A DNA stretch of 64,000 bases from an uncultured bacterium (GTDB lineage Bacteria > Krumholzibacteriota > Krumholzibacteriia > LZORAL124-64-63): the NCBI GenBank assembly GCA_963727525.1, contig CAVSGO010000007.1, forward strand, positions 480,001 through 544,000. Direction: 5' to 3'. Position numbers and translations under genes: made by a program. The notes beneath the pieces were generated by a model, which saw nothing but the letters and a program-made list of their open reading frames with translations, was not told the DNA's origin and ran no database searches. Below, piece after piece: positions 1-9,803 of this stretch; position 1 is the stretch's first letter; each line of letters opens with the position of its first letter.

Positions 1-2721
1 CAGGTCGCTGTCATTGTCGCGCGCCACGTAGATGTCGAGGTCGCCGTCGTTGTCGAAATCGGCCAGGACGACGCCTTTGCTGTCGCCGACGGCGCTGAGA
101 TAGGCGCCGCCCTGGATCACGTAGACACCCGCGTAGTGGTAGAAGAGCCGATCCGGCGCGTGGTCGTTTGCCACGTAGAGGTCGAAGACCCCGTCCCCAT
201 CCAGGTCACCCCAGGCGGCGCTGCCGCCGCGGTGGGGATCGCCGAGTCCCCCTTGCGTGACGTTTTCGAATCCCGCAGCGCCCCGGTTGCGTGCGAGACG
301 ATTCCAGTTCCAGATGCTCGACATGTAGACATCGCGCCAGCCGTCGCCGTCGAAATCACACCAGGCCGCACAGCGACCTGACCGGCGGATCTGGAGGACC
401 TGGTCGTACTCGTCGGACAGGTGGACGAGTTGCTTGTGGTCGTCCGCCTCGGCCATGAGCAGGCGATTGCGGTCGGCGGAAATCACGACGAAGACATCGA
501 GGAGGCCATTGTTGTCGATGTCGGTGAACGACGCCGTCCAGCTTTGGTTGGTGTCGCTCGCCGCGAGCCCGGGATGCTCCGCGAAGCTGCCATCGGCAGC
601 CTGGATGAGGAGGCGGTCGGATTCGCCGTCGTTCGCGAGATAGACGTCCTGGTCACCATCGTTGTCGACATCGGCGAAGACACCTGCCTGATGCCGGCCA
701 GGCTGGGCGAGGGCGGCAGGTGTCGCGTCGACGAAGGTCCAGTCGCCATCGTTGCGCAGGAGCCGGTTCGAGCCGTCGTTCACGGCCAGGAAGAGATCCT
801 CATCGCCATCGGCATCGATGTCGACCACGCTCGCGCCCGTGCAGGTTCCCGGTTGCGTCACGGCGTCGGCGGCCACGGGGGTGAACGGCGGAAGCGTGTA
901 GGTGGCCGATACCGGTACGGCCGGTCCGTCGGGCGATGTGTCGGCCAGGACCTGGGTCGGCGGCGGCGCCGTCCAGCCCGGGATATCCTGCCATGTGATC
1001 GTGTACTCGATGGGGTTGGGAACGAAGACGAGGCGGCTGCCACTGCCGCGTTTGATATAGTCGTCGGGGCCGGTCAGCAGCCAGGGGGCGTGGAGCCCGG
1101 TCGGCAACACCTGCAGGTCGATTGGCAGCACGCCGATCCCGTCGCGGAAGTTGAAGCTGATCGTGTCACCGGGTGCCGAGATGTTCTCGATGTTTATCGG
1201 CGCATTGTCGAAGCGCCACCATACGGCCGCCGGATTCGTACTGGGTGTGAACGACGTGGCATCCGGCGCACCGAAGAGGTCGCCGGCATCGCCGTAGTTG
1301 TTCTTGTGTTCCAGATCCATGCGTCCATCGGCCTGGACGAGCGAGACCATGTAGTGATTGCGGACGTTGGCCTGCTCCTCGTTGTTGCTGCCGTGCCAGT
1401 CGACATGCCAGATGGCCAGGCCGGATGATGGTAGCGTCGCGTCGCGTCCCGTCGCCTCGCGATTCTCGAACATGTAGAGTTCGTAGGGGATCACCGCATG
1501 CGGCACGATGAGGACCTGGTTCGATCCGGCCGCCAGCTTCACGTTGCGGTGGACACCGTCGAGGATGAATGGCTCGGTCCAGCCGGCCTTGTATCGCAGC
1601 GGCGCGCACGGCCATTCCGGATTGCCCTGTGCGGCCGACGCGCTCATGAGGCAATACAGGCCGGCGCCGTAGGATTCGAATCCCACATCGTAGAGATCGG
1701 GCCAGAAGAAGAGCAGGTGGCCGGACTCGTGGACATAGGTGGCCAGCCGCAGGTGCGGACCGACGTAGCTGATCGAGAAATTGGCGCCGACTACACCGTC
1801 CGCCGCGAAGCCCAGGAAACTGGTCTGGGGCCAGAGACCGACCCCCCAGCCAAAGCTGGGAGTACCTGCGTAGATGCAGTGGATCGCGTCGATGAAGCCG
1901 TCGCCATTCGCGTCGAAGCTGCTGAAATCGAATCCACGCACCGCGAGGTAGTTGAGAGCCTCGAGAACGAGCTCGCGAGCGCGCCAGCCCGCGGACTGGG
2001 ACGGATCCTCGTAGTAGTCCATGGAATTGATTGCGCGGTAGTAGTAGTCGGGGACGACGTTCGAGAAATCCAGGCGGCCTCCGGAGACTTCCAGGTAATA
2101 ATCGCGCGCGGACCCATTGCAATTGTCGTCGTTGAAACCGGGCTGGTTGAGAAATGCGCGGACCTCGTCCGGCGTCTTGGTGGCGTGGCTGTCGAAGAAG
2201 TCGACGAGAATCGTCAGACCCTTCACGTCGCCCGACGTGACGGGCTGAGGATCGTTGATGCCCTTGTCCGGAAGGCTCTTGCGCAACGCCTCCATCTCGT
2301 CCGCGACGGCGCTGCTGCCCCATACCGGCGCCGCGGCGCGGGCCGCCTCGGCGCGGGCAGTGCGTACGGCTGGCGGCAGCCAGAGGTGCTTCGCGATTCC
2401 GAGTCTGGCGACCGCGGCATCGCCGGCGCGGATGCCGGTGGAGACGAGATCCTGGCCGTCGCTCGCGAGGCGAGCAAAGCATACCTCGTACGTGGCCGGA
2501 TCGCGCACCAGCGTGTAACCGTCGAGGCTCTCGACGTGCTGAAAGTACTCATCGCCCCAGACACGCACGGAGACCCGTTCCCCATCGGGTTGGCGGAACG
2601 CATACGTATCGCCGAGCGATGCGTCGGCGACGGCGGGTGCGGTCCTGAGGATGGGGAGCAGGAGCACGACCGCGGTCGTGGCGATGCCGAGCGCATGGCG
2701 CCCGGACCGGGCTGTCATCAT
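1..2721 (-). CDS. Secreted M6 (immune inhibitor A-like) metalloprotease with FG-GAP repeats; runs off the left window edge (3' partial)
   Basis: Absent from the ORF track because it has no stop in the window. Read by hand from ATG at 2721: MMTARSGRHALGIATTAVVLLLP...RVWGDEYFQHVESLDGYTLVRD...YVHESGHLLFFWPDLYD (HExxH). Reaches position 1 in frame as VLADFDNDGDLDIYV. Paralogue of 2875..6297. Confidence 0.9.
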   Translation of the reverse strand, partial: MMTARSGRHALGIATTAVVLLLPILRTAPAVADASLGDTYAFRQPDGERVSVRVWGDEYFQHVESLDGYTLVRDPATYEVCFARLASDGQDLVSTGIRAGDAAVARLGIAKHLWLPPAVRTARAEAARAAAPVWGSSAVADEMEALRKSLPDKGINDPQPVTSGDVKGLTILVDFFDSHATKTPDEVRAFLNQPGFNDDNCNGSARDYYLEVSGGRLDFSNVVPDYYYRAINSMDYYEDPSQSAGWRARELVLEALNYLAVRGFDFSSFDANGDGFIDAIHCIYAGTPSFGWGVGLWPQTSFLGFAADGVVGANFSISYVGPHLRLATYVHESGHLLFFWPDLYDVGFESYGAGLYCLMSASAAQGNPEWPCAPLRYKAGWTEPFILDGVHRNVKLAAGSNQVLIVPHAVIPYELYMFENREATGRDATLPSSGLAIWHVDWHGSNNEEQANVRNHYMVSLVQADGRMDLEHKNNYGDAGDLFGAPDATSFTPSTNPAAVWWRFDNAPINIENISAPGDTISFNFRDGIGVLPIDLQVLPTGLHAPWLLTGPDDYIKRGSGSRLVFVPNPIEYTITWQDIPGWTAPPPTQVLADTSPDGPAVPVSATYTLPPFTPVAADAVTQPGTCTGASVVDIDADGDEDLFLAVNDGSNRLLRNDGDWTFVDATPAALAQPGRHQAGVFADVDNDGDQDVYLANDGESDRLLIQAADGSFAEHPGLAASDTNQSWTASFTDIDNNGLLDVFVVISADRNRLLMAEADDHKQLVHLSDEYDQVLQIRRSGRCAAWCDFDGDGWRDVYMSSIWNWNRLARNRGAAGFENVTQGGLGDPHRGGSAAWGDLDGDGVFDLYVANDHAPDRLFYHYAGVYVIQGGAYLSAVGDSKGVVLADFDNDGDLDIYVARDNDSDL

Positions 2722-2874
2722 GGCCAGTCCTCGTGCCTCGGCACTACATGGTGCCGGTCCAGCGGGGGATACGAAGGTGGCGTCATGATCACGATAGGGA
2801 AAACAGGAGTACGATGCAATGGCTTCCGCACCGCTCAGGCCTGGCGACCGGAGCGGTGCGGACATGGCGCCCGA

Positions 2875-5800
2875 TCACTTGACGAGGGTCAGGCGATGGC
2901 TCCAGGTCCCCTCCGCGGTTCGGAGGCGGCAGAGGTAAGTGCCAGAGGCTACCGGGTGTCCGGAACCGTCGCATCCGGACCATGTCGCTTCGTGCTGGCC
3001 TGCGGCCAGCGATCCGGCCACGAGGGTGGCAAGGCACCGGCCGTCGAGCCCGTACACGGCCAGATCCACGGCACCACCGCGCGCCAGCGTGAACGCGATG
3101 GACGTGCGTGGATTGAACGGATTGGGATACGGGGCGGCCAGGGCGGTCACAGCCGGTGTGGCGTCCGCCACCACGTCGGTGCTGGTGCCCTCGTTCACCG
3201 TGACCACACGGTCTGCGAGCACGCGGGTGAGCGCCTTGACCGAGCCGTCCGGCCAGCGGACGACCACGCTGTCCGCCATCGTCGCAGAGCCGAGGCCGAA
3301 TGCGAGGCGTCGGGCATGCTGGGCGAGGCTCTCGCCGCCGGCCGCCACGTCACGGACCAGGGTCAGGCCGCCGGCGATCACCCGCACACGGGCGCCGATC
3401 GCGTCGCGATTCATGCCGTCGCCGCGGAGATCGATCTGCAACCAGTGGCCGCGGTCGACGATGGTGTTGTGGAGCAGGACGTTCGGCTGGCCGTCGCGCG
3501 ACACGTAGAGGTCGAGACCGCCGTCACCGTCGACATCGCCGCAAGCCACCGCCATGCAGCCGGCCTCGGTCTCGGGGAGTTGCAGGTCCGAGGTGGCGAG
3601 ATCGCCGGACGACGTCCCGAACACGAGGCGATCCTCCTCGCCATTGCACGCGACGTACAGGTCGAGGTAGCCATCATTGTCGAAATCGGCGAGCACCACT
3701 CCACGGCCGTGGCTGGCCTCGTTCAGGGACGGTGAACTCACCTGCTGGAAATAGCCGACCTCCCGCCGATAGAGGATGTCCGGCTGTCCGTCGTTGATGA
3801 CGAGGAGGTCGAGATCACCGTCGTTGTCGACATCTCCCCAGGCGGCGGCGCGTCCGTTCAAGGTGCTGTTGGCGTCGCCCAGCACCTGGAAGGTACTGCC
3901 GTTCCAGTTCTGCACGAGCACGTTGGCCGTACCGAGATTCACGATGTAGAGGTCGCGGAATCCGTTGCCGTCGAAATCGCACCAGGGCGCTGCGGTGCCG
4001 GGGCCGGCCTGCGCCAGCTGGCTGATGCCCGCCGGATAGAGGACGACGTGGTCCCCGCCGAGGTTGCCGAACGACCGGAATAGCTGATTCGCGCTGCCCT
4101 GGTTGACGACGTAGAGGTCGAGGTGACCGTCGCGATCGTAGTCGCACCAGGAGGCGGCGCGCCCTGGACCCGGGTCGTCGATACCGTACTGGGCGATGTC
4201 CGAATACTGACCGCCAGCATCCCGCTCGAGCAAGAGATTCGCGACACCATCGCGAGAGAGGTAGACGTCCTCGTCGCCGTCGTCATCGATGTCGGCGAAG
4301 GCCGCGGCCATCGTCGGGCCGGTGTCGGCGAGGACGCCGTCGGCGATGTCGGTGAACGCGAGGCCGCCGTCGTTGCGCAGCAGGCGGTTGGCGGCGTTGG
4401 CGTTGCAAACGTAGATATCGAGATCGGCATCGCCGTCGATGTCCACCATGCTGACGCCGCGGCCAGGGCCGCTGTCGGCGAGCGGCCCGCTGCTCACGGC
4501 GGTGAACGGTGGATCGGTGTAGGTGCCTGTGAAGGTCAGGGGCGCGCCACCATTGACGATGTTGCCGCTGACCACGGCATTCGCAGGTTCCCTCCATCCC
4601 GGAAGGTCCAGCCAGGTGAGGGTGTATTCGCCCTCGTCCACGACCAGGAGGTTGCGGTCGCCGGTACCACTGATGTCGAATCCGCCAGGTCCGGCGAGAT
4701 GCCAGGGCGCGGGGACGTCGCCGGGTTCGGCGGTGATGACCACGGCCATCGTGCCCAGTCCCTCGCGATAGTTGAAGGTCATCGTCGGGCCGCTGGCGCT
4801 GATCGCGTCGACGTAGATCGGCGCGTTCCGGCCGTCCCACCAGGTGGCGGCTGGATTCGTGTCGGGATTGAATTCCACGTCGCCGGGCGCGGACCACAGG
4901 TCGAGGCTGTCACCGTTGTTGCGGTTGTTCTCCAGGTCCCAGCGCCCGTCCGCCTGCATGAGCGTGCAGAAGTAGTGTTGGCTCAACGTCTGTTGCTGGT
5001 CGTTGTTGCTCCCGTTCAGATCCACGTGCCAGATGGCGAGACCCGCGTCCGGGATGTTGGCGTCACGGCCCGTGCGCTGGCGGTTCTCGACCATGTAGTA
5101 CTCGTTGGCGTGCCCGGCGAACGGTACCTTGTAGACGAGATTCACGCCCGCCGTCGCCGTCAGGCCATCCATCAAGCCCTCGAGGACCACGGTGTCCGTC
5201 CAGCCCGCGAGGTCGCGCAGTGGCGCGCAGGGCTCGGTGGGATTGGTGCCCGCGCCCGTGCTGCACATGAGGCAGAACGCGCCCACGCCGGCCGAGTCGC
5301 CGTCGTAGTCGTAGAGGTCGGGCCAGAAGCAGAGCATGTGACCGTTCTCGTGGCAGAACGTCGCGAGGGAGAGTGACGAGCCGATATTGGTGATCTGGTA
5401 CCGGTAGGTGGTCACGCCGTCGGCCGACCAGGTGATGCCGCCGCTATGAGGCCACAGCCCCACCGACCAGCCGTGGTTCGGCACGCCGGCGTAGAAGATG
5501 TTCAGCGCGTCGATGTAGCCGTCGCGATTGGCGTCGTACTGGCTGAAATCGAAGCCCTGGCTCTCCAGATCCTGCAGGGCCTCGCGGACTAGTTCCCGCG
5601 CGCGCTGGCCGTACGGGACGTTCGGGTCGTCGTAGTACGTCTTCGGATTGACGGCCCGGTAGTAGGCATCTGACACGAAATTGGTGTATTCCAGCGCGCC
5701 GTCGGAGACGTCGAGGAAGAAGTCGCGCACGGAACCGTGATTGCCGAAGCCGTTGTAGCCGGGCAAGTTCAGATAATCGTCGAAACTGGCAGGCGGGACG

Positions 5801-6297
5801 GTCCCGACCTGATCACTGAAATCGACGATGAGGGTGATCCCGTGCACCTCGCCCAGGCATGACGGCTGAGGATCGCGCATGTCCTTGTCCTGCCGGGCGA
5901 TGAGATCGCTGTCGAGCAACGCGCGGGCGTCCCGCGCCCGATCGCGGCGCACCTGCGCCGGCAACGCGAGATGACGCGCCAGACCGAGCGTGGCGACGGC
6001 CGGGTCCCCGGCCGGTACGCCGGTGCTGACGAGGGTGTCGCCACCGCCGACGAGCGCGGCGTAGCAGATCACGCGGGTGGCCGAGTCCCGGACGAGGGTG
6101 TAGCCATCGAGGCTCTCGATGTGCTGGAAGTACTCGTCGCCCCAGACCTTCACCGGAACGCGGGTCCCGTCGGGCTGGGAGAGATCGAAACGCGCGCCGT
6201 CGTATGGTGCGGCGCCCGCGACGGCCGCGACGACGAGGCCCACGAAGACGCACGCGGCAAGCGGGCGCACAGCACGACGGCAAGGTACGGCAGGCAT
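2875..6297 (-). CDS. Secreted M6 metalloprotease + FG-GAP beta-propeller + ASPIC/UnbV + FlgD-Ig/T9SS-type C-terminal domain
   Basis: Signal peptide; FCHENGHMLCFWPDLYD zinc motif; repeated DxDxDGDxDLYV; NRDAIGARVRV (ASPIC/UnbV); C-terminal PYPNPFNPRT...ASGTYLCRL...LTLVK. ATG at 6297 follows a GGGGAG RBS; the ORF track starts at GTG 6303. Confidence 0.92.
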   Translation of the reverse strand: MPAVPCRRAVRPLAACVFVGLVVAAVAGAAPYDGARFDLSQPDGTRVPVKVWGDEYFQHIESLDGYTLVRDSATRVICYAALVGGGDTLVSTGVPAGDPAVATLGLARHLALPAQVRRDRARDARALLDSDLIARQDKDMRDPQPSCLGEVHGITLIVDFSDQVGTVPPASFDDYLNLPGYNGFGNHGSVRDFFLDVSDGALEYTNFVSDAYYRAVNPKTYYDDPNVPYGQRARELVREALQDLESQGFDFSQYDANRDGYIDALNIFYAGVPNHGWSVGLWPHSGGITWSADGVTTYRYQITNIGSSLSLATFCHENGHMLCFWPDLYDYDGDSAGVGAFCLMCSTGAGTNPTEPCAPLRDLAGWTDTVVLEGLMDGLTATAGVNLVYKVPFAGHANEYYMVENRQRTGRDANIPDAGLAIWHVDLNGSNNDQQQTLSQHYFCTLMQADGRWDLENNRNNGDSLDLWSAPGDVEFNPDTNPAATWWDGRNAPIYVDAISASGPTMTFNYREGLGTMAVVITAEPGDVPAPWHLAGPGGFDISGTGDRNLLVVDEGEYTLTWLDLPGWREPANAVVSGNIVNGGAPLTFTGTYTDPPFTAVSSGPLADSGPGRGVSMVDIDGDADLDIYVCNANAANRLLRNDGGLAFTDIADGVLADTGPTMAAAFADIDDDGDEDVYLSRDGVANLLLERDAGGQYSDIAQYGIDDPGPGRAASWCDYDRDGHLDLYVVNQGSANQLFRSFGNLGGDHVVLYPAGISQLAQAGPGTAAPWCDFDGNGFRDLYIVNLGTANVLVQNWNGSTFQVLGDANSTLNGRAAAWGDVDNDGDLDLLVINDGQPDILYRREVGYFQQVSSPSLNEASHGRGVVLADFDNDGYLDLYVACNGEEDRLVFGTSSGDLATSDLQLPETEAGCMAVACGDVDGDGGLDLYVSRDGQPNVLLHNTIVDRGHWLQIDLRGDGMNRDAIGARVRVIAGGLTLVRDVAAGGESLAQHARRLAFGLGSATMADSVVVRWPDGSVKALTRVLADRVVTVNEGTSTDVVADATPAVTALAAPYPNPFNPRTSIAFTLARGGAVDLAVYGLDGRCLATLVAGSLAAGQHEATWSGCDGSGHPVASGTYLCRLRTAEGTWSHRLTLVK

Positions 6298-6365
6298 CGG
6301 CACTCCCCTGAGAGATTCAGCGACGGTGACTCGCGGCCGCCGTCGCCAGGTTTTGATTCTTTGTC

Positions 6366-6393
6366 ATTATAACTGATCTGACAGGCGAATCAA
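6366..6393 (-). promoter_or_regulatory. sigma70-type promoter for the M6 protease pair
   Basis: Minus strand TTGATT-16 bp-TATAAT (perfect -10); the -35 overlaps the tdk stop codon. Confidence 0.65.
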
Positions 6394-6977
6394 TGCCCCG
6401 TGTTCTCGTCGTCCTCCGCCGGGGGCTCGAAATGGTGGCGGCACCGCGCCTCGTACATGCCCGCCGCGCCCACCTGGATCTGGTCGTGGCTGCTGGTGAG
6501 GCGCTGAGTGAAGCCGGCGGGGTCGCCGCAGACCATGCAGATCGCGAGCTGCTTGGTGACGTACTCAGCCCTACACATGATCTCAGGCATGGACCCGAAG
6601 GGGAGCCCGCGGTAGTCGAGATCGAGCCCGGCGACGATCACCCGTCGGCCCTGATCGGCAAGGGCCACGCATGCATCCACGAGGTCGTGCCCGAAGAACT
6701 GGCCCTCGTCGATCGCCACCAGCTCGGTCTTCGGCTCGACCTGGGCCAGCACCTCGGCCGCCGTCACCACCGCCACCGACGGCAAGCTCTGCTGGCTATG
6801 CGAGACGATGTTCGCCACGTCATAGCGCGCGTCCAGCGTGTGCTTGAAGATCTGGATGCGCTGTCGGGCGATCTCGGCGCGTCGCACACGGCGGATCAGC
6901 TCTTCGCTCTTGCCGCTGAACATGGGCCCGCAGATCACTTCGATCCAGCCGCTCTTGCCCTGGACGATTTGCATCAT
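6390..6977 (-). CDS. tdk: Thymidine kinase
   Basis: GPMFSGKSEELIRR P-loop, IDEGQFF, AGLDLDYRGLPFG, C-x2-C zinc site, YEARCR. Confidence 0.97.
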   Translation of the reverse strand: MMQIVQGKSGWIEVICGPMFSGKSEELIRRVRRAEIARQRIQIFKHTLDARYDVANIVSHSQQSLPSVAVVTAAEVLAQVEPKTELVAIDEGQFFGHDLVDACVALADQGRRVIVAGLDLDYRGLPFGSMPEIMCRAEYVTKQLAICMVCGDPAGFTQRLTSSHDQIQVGAAGMYEARCRHHFEPPAEDDENTGH

Positions 6978-7013
6978 GTCGTGGCGTCCTCGCTCGGGTT
7001 GCAGGAGTCGCCA

Positions 7014-7042
7014 ATAGTAGTGCCACCGGGCGCCGAGGCCAA
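7014..7042 (-). promoter_or_regulatory. sigma70-type promoter for tdk
   Basis: Minus strand TTGGCC-17 bp-TACTAT. Confidence 0.5.
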
Positions 7043-7135
7043 GCCAATCCCCGGCCGGCGCGACTCCGTCGCGCCCGATTTCCCCTCACACGAACCGCGT
7101 GCATCGGCCGCAACGGCGGGTTATCATTGCTTCCC

Positions 7136-7954
7136 ATGTGGAACCGACGCGATTTCCGAGAGGTCTGCGACCCTCCCCTTATCGGGATGGTCCACCTGGC
7201 GCCGCTGCCAGGGTCGCCGGGCTGGTCGGGCGATCTGGCGGAGGTCGAGATGGGGGCGCGGCGAGATCTGGATGGGCTCGTGGAGGGGGGACTCCGCGCG
7301 GTCATGGTGGAGAATTTCCACGATACGCCGTTCTACCCCGATCGCGTCCCGGCCGAGACGACGGCCGCGATGGCCGTGGTGATCGCGTCGCTGGTGCGCC
7401 GCCACCCCGATGTCGCGTTCGGCGTGAACGTATTGCGTAACGACGCGCGCGCCGCCCTCGGCATCGCGGCCGCGACGGGGGCGCATTTCGTACGCGTCAA
7501 TGTCCACGTGGGCGCGGCGGTCACGGATCAAGGGCTCATCCAGGGGCAGGCGCACCTCACGCTGCGCCAGCGGCGGCATCTCGGCCTGCACCGCGTCGGC
7601 ATCCTGGCGGACATCCGCGTGAAGCACGCGACGCCGATCGCGGAGCGGCCGCTCGCGGAAGAGGCGGTCGACCTGCGCGGGCGCGGCGGGGCCGACGCAA
7701 TCATCGTGTCGGGAGCCGCCACGGGTGCTGCAGCGGATTCTCGGCAGCTCGCCTGCCTGCGCGGCGTACTGGACGATGCGCCCTTGCTCGTCGGCAGCGG
7801 CGTGTCGACGGCGAACGCGTCCACGTTCGCATCCCTGGCCGACGGCGCCGTCGTCGGCACCTCGCTCAAGGAGAACGGCGCCATCAGTGCCGAGCGCACG
7901 GCGCGATTGCTGGCGGCCTGGCGCCAGGCGGCGCGCACGGGAGGGGACTCGTGA
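7136..7954 (+). CDS. BtpA/SgcQ family TIM-barrel protein
   Basis: IGMVHLAPLPGSP, VENFHDTPF, GVNVLRND, ADIRVKHA, GSGV motifs. Confidence 0.92.
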   Translation: MWNRRDFREVCDPPLIGMVHLAPLPGSPGWSGDLAEVEMGARRDLDGLVEGGLRAVMVENFHDTPFYPDRVPAETTAAMAVVIASLVRRHPDVAFGVNVLRNDARAALGIAAATGAHFVRVNVHVGAAVTDQGLIQGQAHLTLRQRRHLGLHRVGILADIRVKHATPIAERPLAEEAVDLRGRGGADAIIVSGAATGAAADSRQLACLRGVLDDAPLLVGSGVSTANASTFASLADGAVVGTSLKENGAISAERTARLLAAWRQAARTGGDS

Positions 7955-8002
7955 TGATGGGATCTCTCGCGAAGAAGGGCGTCAAGTGATGAAAGGTGTC
8001 AC

Positions 8003-8737
8003 GTGATGAAGGGCGTAATCCTGGCCGGCGGTCTCGGCACGCGCCTGTGGCCGTGCACGAAGATCACGAACAAGCACCTTCTGCCCGTCTACGATCGGCC
8101 GATGATCTTCTACCCGATCCGGGCCATGCTCAATGCGGGTATCGACGAGGTGCTCATCGTCACCGGCGGCAACTTCGCCGGCGACTTCCTGCAGCTACTC
8201 GGCAACGGCAAGGAGTTTGGCCTCAAGGATCTCCACTACACGTACCAGGATGGCGAGGGCGGCATCGCCGACGCGCTGCGGCTGGCCGAGGACTTCGCCG
8301 ACGGCGGCAGCCTCTGCGTCATCCTGGGCGACAACATCATCGAGCGGAACATCCGCGCCGTCGCCGACGCCTACCGGCAGCAGCACGACGGCGCGCGCAT
8401 CCTTCTCAAGCGCGTACCCGATCCCCACCGATTCGGGGTGCCCGTCTTCGAGGGGGAGCGCATCGTTCGCATCGAGGAGAAGCCCCGGGAGCCGCGCAGC
8501 GACCTCGCCGTCACGGGCATCTACTTCTTCGACAATACGGTTTTCGACATGATCCGCACGCTCAAGCCGAGCGACCGCGGCGAGTTCGAGATCAGCGATG
8601 TCAACAATTTGTACATCGACCGCAATGCCCTGCAATGGAGCGAGCTGGAAGGCTGGTGGACGGATGCCGGCACCTTCGAGAGCCTGCTGCGCGCCAGCAA
8701 CCTGGTCGCCGAGGGTGGGGCGAACCGCGTCGACTAG
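8003..8737 (+). CDS. rmlA: Glucose-1-phosphate thymidylyltransferase (short RmlA/SpsI type)
   Basis: KGVILAGGLGTRL, NKHLLPVYDRPMI, LGDNI, EEKP, RGEFEISD, WTDAGT. Confidence 0.9.
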   Translation: MMKGVILAGGLGTRLWPCTKITNKHLLPVYDRPMIFYPIRAMLNAGIDEVLIVTGGNFAGDFLQLLGNGKEFGLKDLHYTYQDGEGGIADALRLAEDFADGGSLCVILGDNIIERNIRAVADAYRQQHDGARILLKRVPDPHRFGVPVFEGERIVRIEEKPREPRSDLAVTGIYFFDNTVFDMIRTLKPSDRGEFEISDVNNLYIDRNALQWSELEGWWTDAGTFESLLRASNLVAEGGANRVD

Positions 8738-8765
8738 ACGCGCATACGACGACGGGAGAGGCGGT

Positions 8766-9803
8766 TTGAACATTCTCGTCACCGGCGGCGCCGGTTTCAT
8801 CGGCAGCAACTACGTGCGGCTCCTGCTCGACGAGGGGAGCGACCGAGTCGTCAACCTCGATGCCCTCACGTACGCGGGCAATCTCGAGAATCTGGCCGGC
8901 TGCGAGGACCACCCGCGCTATCGCTTCGTGAAGGGCGACATCCGCGACGCCGGGCTAGTCGGCCAGGTTCTCGCGGACGAGGCGATCGAGGCGATCGTCC
9001 ACTTTGCGGCCGAGAGCCACGTCGACCGCTCGATCGATGCGCCCCAGGAGTTTCTCGACACGAACACCCGTGGTACTCTCGTGCTCCTGCAGGCGGCGCT
9101 GGCGCATGGCATCGGGCGCTTCCTGCAGGTGTCGACCGACGAGGTCTACGGGTCGTTGCAAGCGGAAGACGCAGCCTTCCACGAGGCCACCCCGCTGGCT
9201 CCCAACTCGCCCTACGCCGCGAGCAAGGCCGCGGCCGACTGCCTGTGCCGGGCCTATCACCACACCTTCGGCCTACCGGTGCTCGTCACGAGATGCAGCA
9301 ACAACTATGGCCCGTACCAGTTTCCCGAGAAGCTGATCCCGCTGATGCTCGCCAACGCCCTCGACGAGCGCCCGCTTCCGGTCTATGGCGACGGCCAGAA
9401 CGTACGCGACTGGCTCTATGTCGAGGACCATTGCCGTGCCATCGATCTCGTGCTACGGCGTGGCCGGCCGGGCGAGGTCTACAACATCGGTGGTCGCAAC
9501 GAGTGGAAGAACCTCGATCTCGTGCGTCTCCTGCTCTCGCTCGTGGACCGGTCCGAGTCGCTCATAAACTTCGTGCCCGACCGGCCGGGTCATGATCGGC
9601 GATACGCGATGGATGCGCGCAAGATCGAGCGCGAGCTGGGTTGGGTGCCGGCTCATGACTTTCCCGCCGGGCTGCGCCTCACGGTCGATTGGTACCTGAC
9701 GCATCGCGACTGGTGGGAAAAGATCCGCAGCGGCGACTACCGGTCCTACTACGATCGGCTCTACGGTGCCGGTGGTCGCCACCACGAGGGCGGCGGCTCG
9801 TGA
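8766..9803 (+). CDS. rmlB: dTDP-glucose 4,6-dehydratase
   Basis: TTG start after GGAGAGG; VTGGAGFIGSN, HFAAESHVDRSI, VSTDEVYG, YAASK, NNYGPYQFPEKLIP, DRPGHDRRY. Confidence 0.96.
   Translation: MNILVTGGAGFIGSNYVRLLLDEGSDRVVNLDALTYAGNLENLAGCEDHPRYRFVKGDIRDAGLVGQVLADEAIEAIVHFAAESHVDRSIDAPQEFLDTNTRGTLVLLQAALAHGIGRFLQVSTDEVYGSLQAEDAAFHEATPLAPNSPYAASKAAADCLCRAYHHTFGLPVLVTRCSNNYGPYQFPEKLIPLMLANALDERPLPVYGDGQNVRDWLYVEDHCRAIDLVLRRGRPGEVYNIGGRNEWKNLDLVRLLLSLVDRSESLINFVPDRPGHDRRYAMDARKIERELGWVPAHDFPAGLRLTVDWYLTHRDWWEKIRSGDYRSYYDRLYGAGGRHHEGGGS

Noticed and set aside
421-5376. Long + strand ORFs (335, 745 and 417 aa) opposite the M6 genes, and similar antisense ORFs at 53244..56147, 56481..58268 and 61720..63525
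   Set aside because: Shadow ORFs caused by high GC and codon bias of the real genes on the other strand; no protein motifs.
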